Source: Octopus vulgaris
Taxonomy: Eukaryota
Length of the DNA: 64,000 nt
Assembly: GCA_951406725.2 (NCBI GenBank)
Contig: OX597833.1
Location: 24,056,001-24,120,000, forward strand
Direction: 5' to 3'
Positions within the stretch are counted from its first letter, which is position 1; each line of letters begins with the position of its first letter. Shown here piece by piece: positions 55,492-64,000 of the stretch. The translations under genes were made by a program, and so were the position numbers. The notes below the pieces were generated by a model. That model had not been told where the DNA came from. It made no database searches and saw only the letters and a program-made list of their open reading frames with translations.

Positions 55492-55565
<74 letters not shown>

Positions 55566-55976
55566 TATGTATATAATTAAGAGAAATAGCCTCTATTAAG
55601 TAATTCAATAGTGAAAGACTTTATCTATATCATATAGAAAAATTTGATATTCTATAATAAATATTATTCAAAAAATCACTAAATTAAATAAACATTAAAT
55701 TGACTACGCGCGTTTCGTGACTATATCTTTATATATATGCTTATATATATATTTTTAATGCATGTGTGTGTGTATATATATAAATTGTTTGGTATGCAGA
55801 TTTTATGTATTATCCAAAATTCTGATTATCTCCTTTTCCTTAATATATGCATGTATGTATGTATGCTTGTGTGTATGTATATATATATATATATATATAT
55901 TAGCCATGATAAGATGGCTTCTATACTTTACATTATCAAGCGATTACTGTTTCAATCTCATTCTGAGATTTAATTA

Positions 55977-56027
<51 letters not shown>

Positions 56028-56994
56028 TATATGCATGTAAGTATAAGAGGTGTACATTAAAAATTGGCATGTTAAAATTAAAATTTTTTCTCTGACTAGA
56101 AATTTACAAAATACTTGAAAGTAGACACCAAGCTCAAACTACTTTCATTATGTTAGACTGATAATGTTTAAAATAATACTTAAGTTCTGTAAAGGGATTG
56201 CTACTAATAATAGCAAAGCGATGTATGTTTACTTAAATATCATCTTAAGTGGGACCATTTCCTTTCATCCTAACTACGCTCATTATTTTTGACGAATATT
56301 CAGTGTCATTCTCAGGGTTCCTGTTTACGTTATTAACATCAAATTTCGAGCTTTCGTTAAAGGAATTTGATATTTATCGGACTACGATAAAGAACATGAG
56401 TATTGACATAATGAGATACGCCAAAATCTTTTTCACTCAATTTTACATCGAGAATTTTGCAGACAAAAACGAAGTAATCTTTTTATATAGGCGCAAAATC
56501 TGAAATTTCAGTTGAGGTGGGGGGGGGGGCTAGTTGATTACATCGACTTCAGTGCTCAACAGGCAATTAATTATTTTATCGACCTCGAAGGGATGAAGGC
56601 AAAGTCGACCTCGGCGAAATTTGAACTCAGAATGTAAAGCCGTAAGAAATGCCACGAAGCATTTTGACCAATAACGAAATAATGAAAATATTAACGAATA
56701 AAAGTATTCATTAAAAAACAAACAAACAAAATAAACTCTTTTTCTGCGTGTCTTTAAGGTCCGCCTCAATCAATGCTTCTCTATGCGGAACGTGGGTTAC
56801 TTAGGAACGTAGGAATGAGACCTAGGTAACTAAGAAGTGAATAAAAGTACCAATATTATATATATTAGATGAATATATACATACATATACATATATGTAT
56901 TTCTCTCTCTCCCCCCTCCTTCTCTCTGGCAACCAATGCCTAGTGCGCGCGTGTACATGAATTTGGTAAACAGAAACTGAGTCGTGTGTATATG

Positions 56995-58020
56995 GCATCC
57001 GGACAAAAGCGCCCTAAGGACAAAATGGCCCCGAACAAACCCCCCTTGTTAAAGTGTGAAAGTGAACAACCCACCCTCGGTTATTCTCCGCCTTCCTTAT
57101 CGAACTCAGAATGTTTCTAGTTTCAATCCTTAGACTATTAGACTGCAGTCATGCTGGGGCACCGCCTTGAGGACTTTTTTTATTACTTGTTTCAGTCATT
57201 AGACTGCGGCCATGTTAGGGCACCGCCTTGAAGAATTTTTAGTCGCAAAAAATGAGCATTTTAAAATTTAAATTTAGTCTTTTGTCTTCTTCTCTCAACA
57301 CTTAGAGATTAATGAGAATGAGCTGACCTTTTGAACTTTCTCCGGCCGTTGAAGGTCTAATAGAATTATGGCGCCGAAGGCTAGTCGTCCAAACGTACTT
57401 CTTATCGTTTCTATCTTTCTACCCATCTCTTGAAGTAAATACTTTTGTTAGAATTCAGACAATATGTATACATTGAGCAGTAAAGTCCTGTGTTCTGTCA
57501 TTCTATTCTATTTATTTTCGATTGGATATATTTTTGTCTACTTAAAAATAGTAATTTTGAATAATAAAAATTTTTTTACAATCGCGATTTCCTGTTTTGT
57601 TTACGTGAAATTATAAAAACAAATTCAAGAGATTTGGTTGTTATTTCTAGCATGTGTAGAGACCTTCTAAGCTTAACTTCATGCGCTGGTTGAAAATAAT
57701 CTGAAAAATATTCTGGGGGCAAAATATTTGACTGAAAATTTTTCAAGGTGGTGCCCCAGCATGGCCGCAGTCATGCAACAAGGAAGCAGAAAAAAAAGAA
57801 AGTTCTGGTGTCAATACATTCGACTACAAATTCTTCAAGGTGGGGCCCCAGCATGGCCGCAGTCTAATGACTGTAACAAGTAAAAAGGGGGAAGAAAAAC
57901 GAAAAAAACCCCCCGAAAAATATAATCAAGAGGGGTTTTGACCACTTTCACACTTTAACTATGTGGGTTTTTGTCCTAGGTGGGGTTAGGTTTATCCTAA
58001 GGGTCTTTTGTGCTACACTT
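56995..58020. mobile_element. About 1-kb MITE/foldback-like element with degenerate long TIRs, nested in a SINE
   Basis: gttaaagtgtgaaagtg near 57047 is inverted near 57943-57959; subterminal ggacaaaa..ccc repeats at both ends; SINE halves on each side. Confidence 0.6.
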
Positions 58021-58290
58021 GTGGATATATATGTATATGGTGGTCGTGGGCTGAATGTATATGTATATGTTGGTAGGGGGGGGGGGGATCTCTGTGTTTG
58101 TTCTCCCACCGCTTACCAACTGGTGTTGGTTTCTTTACATCCGCATAACTCAAGATATTTAATCACCAAGGCTCTTACCAACTAAACATGTAGTTTAAGC
58201 AAATGGGATGAATTAACCAAAAATAAACCACACAAAGAATACAAACATCTACATGCATACATACATATACACACACATATGTACATACTA

Positions 58291-58329
<39 letters not shown>

Positions 58330-58775
58330 CTGTATGTACATATGTATGCATGTATATATATATGTATATATATGTATATATATGTATGTATGTACATACA
58401 CATGCATACACACATATATTTATATATACATACATATACTAGGATTCTCTCTTCAGGCAAGATAGCTTCCCAGTACCTCAGCCCACATCCTTTCTCTCTC
58501 TTTCTCTCACCCTATAACTGCCATTCCACCTTGTCTCCATGCTTTTATTTATTATTTTGACATTCTTGTGCAGGGAATTTGGAATTTGGGGCAAAGCATA
58601 TTATCCACCCTACCCCCACCAACCACCCCTTCCAACCTCCTATATTCCTCTCCTCCAAGCCTGACTATGTTGTACTCGCTTAAACCTTTATAACAACTGT
58701 CTTCTTTGTTGGATATTCATATATATTAAATATCACGCACCCACATACACACAAGCGTATATACATATATATATG

Positions 58776-58822
<47 letters not shown>

Positions 58823-59819
58823 ATGTATGTATATATACACTCACTACATTCTCAGCAGTATATAACCAAAACATATGGGAAAGAAAAAAAGTGTGAATTT
58901 GTGCTGGGGTATATATTCCATGTATTTATTTGAGAGAGAGGGGATGGGTTGAAGCAAGACACTTTTACTGATTCACTGACTAGCTGATGCCTCTCTATTT
59001 ATCTCCATATATTATCTAAATTCATGTTAACCATAGCAACACAAACTGAACCTAGTACTTACCAGAACTATGATGCCAGATGTTGAAGTTGTGATCATCA
59101 CATCTTTTAAGCTCATAGTATGTGATTTGAAGGAGCATTGACTGGTATTCCTAGCAGGTCAAACAACAATGTACAGATTCCTTTGTGATATCTTCGTCTC
59201 TCTCACTTTATAAGTTCATGTATATATACACTAGCGTAGCTAGAGTGTGTGCCACCTGGGGCGGCCCTTCCATTTGCTGCCTCTGGATCCCACAAAAAAA
59301 CCACATATTGCCTACAGCAGACCCAAAAGTGCTGCCCCCACCACAAGCTATGCCAGTATGTATATATATTATACATATGTATGTGTTTGTCTGTGTATAT
59401 ATATATATGTATGTATATCTATCTGTATGATGATAATAGTCCCTTGTAGTCCAAAATGGATGGTTCTGCAATTGTTTGTTGAACAACCTGCATAAATGGT
59501 TTGTTTACAGTGATCAAATGTTTGTGCTGTACATCAGCTCATTTCCTCCATCAGATCAACATTGCCTGAACAGGGGCTTGATGTATCAAAGGTCAAGTGT
59601 CAAGATGAGATAAAGAACACAATGGCACTACCTGGTCCGGGAATTGAAACCATGATCTCACATTTGAGAGTGCAACAACCTAACCACTAGGCTATGTGTC
59701 CTTTCACACACATATACACACAAACACACACACACACACACATATATATAATAAATATATTATATATATATATATATATATATAAAATAGATATAGTATA
59801 TATATATATAATAAAGATA

Positions 59820-60177
59820 TCAGGGACAGGAGTGGCTTGCTTACCAACCATATGGTTCTGGGCTCAGTCCCACTGTGTGGCACCTTGGGCAAGTGTCTTC
59901 AACTTATAGCCTTGTGAGTGGATTTGGTAGACAGAAACTGAAAGAAGCCTGTCGTATATATATGTGTGTGTGTTTGTTTGCCTATGTTTGTTCCCCCACC
60001 ATTGCTTGACAACCAATGTTGGTGTGTTCACGTCCCCGTAACTTAGCGGTTTGGCAAAAGAGATCGATACAATAAGTACTAGGCTTACAAAGAATAAGTA
60101 CTGGGGTCGATTTGTTTAACTAAAGGTGGTGCTCCAGCATGGCCACAGTCAAATGACTGAAATAAATAAAAGAATAT
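59820..60177 (+). mobile_element. tRNA-derived SINE, family A
   Basis: caggagtggc..ggctcagtccc..caccttgggcaagt..ggtggtgctccagcatggccacagtcaaatgactg. Confidence 0.88.
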
Positions 60178-60184
60178 AAAAATA

Positions 60185-60258
<74 letters not shown>

Positions 60259-61367
60259 AAAAAATATATATATATATAAAGATGCATATATGGATACAGG
60301 ACATCACTAACAGTGCAAATAACATACGTATGAGAGATAGATACAAGACATGGACAGTAATTACAGGCCAAAATGTGTGAAATACGTAATCAATGAGAAA
60401 AAAATGGAAAACAGGACAAGGTTACACAGATGTCAGTGGTCTGTCTACTCCTCATTTCGAGCATGTGTGTGTGTATGTATATATTTGTGTGTTTGTGTTT
60501 GTACTCCTACCATTGCTTGACAACCAATGCTGGTGTGTTTATGTCCCTGTAACTTAGCAGTTCAGCAAAAGAGATTAATAGAATAAGTACTAGGCTTAGA
60601 AAGAATAAGTCATGGGGTCCATTTCTTCAACTAGTGTGTAGTATATATATATATATGTATGTATATATATACACATGTGTGTGTGTGTCTGTGCGCATGT
60701 GTGTATTATGGTTTTGCTTGGGCATGACAATACTAGTATCCAGTTGTTAAAACTCAATATAAATATGCTTTAGATAGAGTACAAAGTATGATATAGATTA
60801 TTGGTGTTATTGATTCTAATGTAGATCATTATTACTGGATTACGTAAATCCTGTTGTCTTGTTATTCAACAATTTATCTACTTACATATACATATATGCA
60901 TGCATATGCATGTATGCGTGAATGTGTATATGTGTGTGTGTGAATGTGTGCATATGTGTGCAAAGATGTGCGTGTTTAGGAAACAAGAACCACTGTCATG
61001 AGTTCATGTCAGAACATGATACGTTGAAGCCATATCTAGCAGTCTCACCTCTCATACATGCCATTCACAATGACGTTTCACCCTGATTTTGAGCCTGATG
61101 GCATATTTCTAGACATTCCACTGGCCTTTGGTGTGGTGAATGTTTAAACAGGTGGTTATCCACCAAGGCCTAATTGAGTTAAGGTGTGGTCAGAGATATT
61201 GTTAAACCTTCAAACAAACTGACCTACTTGTTTATCATGTTATCATGACATGTATCTCGTGTCTCAGTCTCTCTCTCTTATCTGTCTAAATATATATACA
61301 TAGATATATATGTTTATAAAAGAAATGATAAAGTTGGAAAGTGGAATACATGTGGAAACCTTATTAC

Positions 61368-61476
61368 TCACAACGATTGTTTCATTTTTGCACATCCTGC
61401 ATTGGTCCCTCGCATGTGGGGAAATGCACAACTAGTTTTAGTGCATCCCTCAGAGCAGAAATGTCTCTTCAGGTGA
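61368..61476 (-). ncRNA. Degenerate type I hammerhead-like motif with long stem II
   Basis: UCAC-CUGAAGA-(about 80 nt)-GAAA-CAAUCG-UU-GUGA. Confidence 0.35.
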
Positions 61477-61942
61477 TATAATAAGGGGTAACTTGTTAAA
61501 TAAAGTCTGTTTCTCACAGATTTAATACAGCCTGTTGTTTGACTATAGATATAAGCTGTTGGGCAGGTGTGGTGAGGGATAGATTCTGTTGTGAAGTTAT
61601 AGATACAGACTGGGAGTAATTAAGAAAAATAAGAAGAATAAAAAGAATAAGATTAAAACATACAATAAAGTGAAGTGAAACATGTGTGTCAGTATCCAGA
61701 TATAGATACTTCTATACCCACACTTTTGACCCTTTGTATACACACACTCACTCAATATGTATAGTTAAGTACAATGTGTGTGTGTACACATTCACATGTA
61801 TTAATATTTAAAATAGTTTGGTGACTTGAAGTTTCATGGGCTTCTAATAGAAACCTTGTCTTGTTCAGGCTTAGATTACACACATACACACACATATACA
61901 TCTTTCATTCTCTCACTCTCTGTCTCCATCTTCCCTCCCTGA

Positions 61943-61975
<33 letters not shown>

Positions 61976-62276
61976 ACACACCTTTCTTACTTTTTATTTC
62001 TAGCTGTAATTCTTCCATGAGTTCTGCTACTTCATGTGGCAGAGAGTGAAAGAGAAAGAGAGAGACAGAGGGAGAGTGTATGTTTGTGTGTGAGAATGTG
62101 TGAGTGTGTCTGTGTGTACGTATATATGGGTGTATGATGTGGTGTGTGTGTGTGTGTGTGTGTAAAATAAACTTACAGATAACAACACTTTTGGTCACAA
62201 ACAAAAATAGCAGATTGGTTATTGACATATATATCACAGTATCACAGGATTAACCAGACCATCAGATGCTGTTATA

Positions 62277-62829
62277 TGTGGTCTGATCAATAAGTATCTG
62301 GAATGTTGCCATAGTAACGAAGCTAAAGCATGCAGAGTGAAGCTGCTTGGCACAGTGATAATGGACTGAACTGAATTGCAACTAATCTGCACGTCCTCTG
62401 ATAACTCACAGATGGTTATTCAATGATTTCCCCTCACAGCTGCATGCACATCTGCAATGTTTTTTCTCATTTCTGCTGGTTGCAGGTCACCCAGAATGTT
62501 CGTCAATATTGACATTTTTTCAGCCATCTTGGAAACGTCTAAACCACGTGTGGCTCATATACTCCTCTCCATACACTTCCTACAACTTTGCATAGGTCTC
62601 TGTGCAGGTATCGACATGAACAACTTTCTCTGTCATGGTCAATATGATGATCACATGCTACACACCTTCCTTCCAAGCACTGCTGTAAGCAGCAGAAGTG
62701 AACTAGAACATCAAAACTTAGTGTGCATGTATAGCAGAGTTAAAGGTCACTCTTGGCCAAGTGGCTTCACTCTGTGTGCTTTAGCTTCATTACTATAGCA
62801 ACAGCCGGATACTTATTGATCAGACCTCA
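62277..62829 (-). mobile_element. Internally deleted mariner element with about 75-bp TIRs and TA flanks
   Basis: ggtctgatcaataagtatc... / ...gatacttattgatcagacc; remnant peptide EHSG*PATSRNEK. Confidence 0.85.
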
Positions 62830-63167
62830 TACACTGCTTCTCACAATATGTTTCCAATTCTGTCTTGATTCTGTATTAACCCAAATTGCTTTACAAAATT
62901 ATCTTCACATAATCGTGGAGGTTTTCCAAGTGGTGTTTCCTCATGCACACATATACGTATTTAATGGTCAAAACTTCAAATTCTTGTGGTAATGTCCTTA
63001 CTTGTCCAGTCTTTATCTGTCCAGTCTACGATAAAGAAGAACAACTCACATCAACATCTTCCTCTCCATCCAGATATCGAAATTACGGAACTTTACAGAT
63101 CAGAACGAACTGTAAAGAACTCATCTGAAAATATTAGCAAACTTTTACAATACAACATCTACAAATA

Positions 63168-63237
<70 letters not shown>

Positions 63238-63282
63238 TATATTAATATTATATATACACACACACACACTCACACATATATA

Positions 63283-63921
63283 CAGGGGTGTCTTAGTTGT
63301 GTTATAGCCCCCACCTCACTGCTCCCTGGCAAATCAGTGCACTGGGCCATATAGTACTTATTTACTGAGAGCAAGCCACAGTATACATACACTGATCAGA
63401 ATTGGCCTCTTAGCACCATGAACAAGATATCTATGTGACACTGCTAGAGACTGTGGTCAATCCCTGGCTGGAGGGAGTTGCTGCTGGAAGGCCATATATG
63501 TGATAGTAAGATTTAGCTCCTTGCTATACCTCCAGAAAGAGTCAGAAGTGGTTGTTGAAGAATTTCTATGACTTTACCAGGCCCAATTTCTGGCCTCCTA
63601 ATCCCTTCAATTGTAATCCCATGGATTATTATGTGTTGGATACAGTTGAGAAAGAGACACTGACTGCTCTGTCTGAAACTGCAAGGCTGAGCTGGTGGCC
63701 AAGATCAATGAGGTATTCAAATATTTTCCAAGGGACACAGTGAAGAATGCATGCATTAGGTCCAAGAACTGTCTTGAGACCTTTGTGGAAGGTGAGGGTG
63801 GCTACTTTGAGTAAACTGAGTGATCTCTGCCATAATTTAGTTGATAATTTTTGATTTTGGATGGGATGTCATGTTTCCTTTTCTTTTTTTTTAAACTATC
63901 AAATTTAGCTTGAACATCCTG
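63283..63921 (+). mobile_element. DD37D (maT)-like transposon remnant
   Basis: PWLEGVAAGRPY, FWPPNPFNCNPMDYYV; TA-CAGG...CCTG-TA ends. Confidence 0.7.
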
Positions 63922-63924
63922 TAT

Positions 63925-64000
63925 ATCATCATCATCATCGTTTAACATCTACTTTCCATGCTAGCATGGGTTGGACGATTTGACTGAGGACTGGTGAACC
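63925..64000 (-). mobile_element. 3' end of a probable RTE-type retroposon with (GAT)n tail
   Basis: catcatcatcatcgtttaac..ttccatgc..gcatgggttggacg; truncated by the window edge. Confidence 0.5.

Noticed and set aside
44774-64000. Host protein-coding exons
   Set aside because: Short ORFs map to repeats or low complexity; small exons cannot be excluded but none is supported

Overview
Eukaryotic genomic window, very probably an octopus or other coleoid cephalopod (inferred from the strongly expanded GC-rich 18S/28S and the tRNA-derived SINE families). Bases 1-30749 are GC-rich 45S rDNA on the minus strand: the promoter and spacer of one unit (1-7400), then one complete unit (5'ETS, 18S of about 2650 nt, ITS1 with about 360-bp tandem repeats, 5.8S, ITS2, 28S of about 4890 nt) and a second, differently arranged spacer. 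The unit period is 23,285 bp. The 28S is interrupted at the canonical TTAAGG^TAGCCA site by a full-length, apparently intact 4.75-kb R2 retrotransposon. It has three zinc fingers, a Myb domain, RT, a CCHC knuckle and a restriction-like endonuclease (R2-A type), a predicted HDV-like ribozyme that borrows 28S sequence, and no poly(A) tail. The spacer has nested 190-bp and roughly 1-kb repeats carrying duplicated Pol I promoters, a 141-bp array, and odd degenerate copies of the R1/R2 target region. After scaffold gaps the DNA is AT-rich and repeat-dense: a Penelope-like element and hammerhead motifs, a nearly intact CR1-like LINE whose 3' stem-loop is shared with local SINEs, a decayed Ty3/Gypsy element with a four-fold PBS, Tc1/mariner remnants, MITEs and microsatellites. 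No host protein-coding gene is supported.
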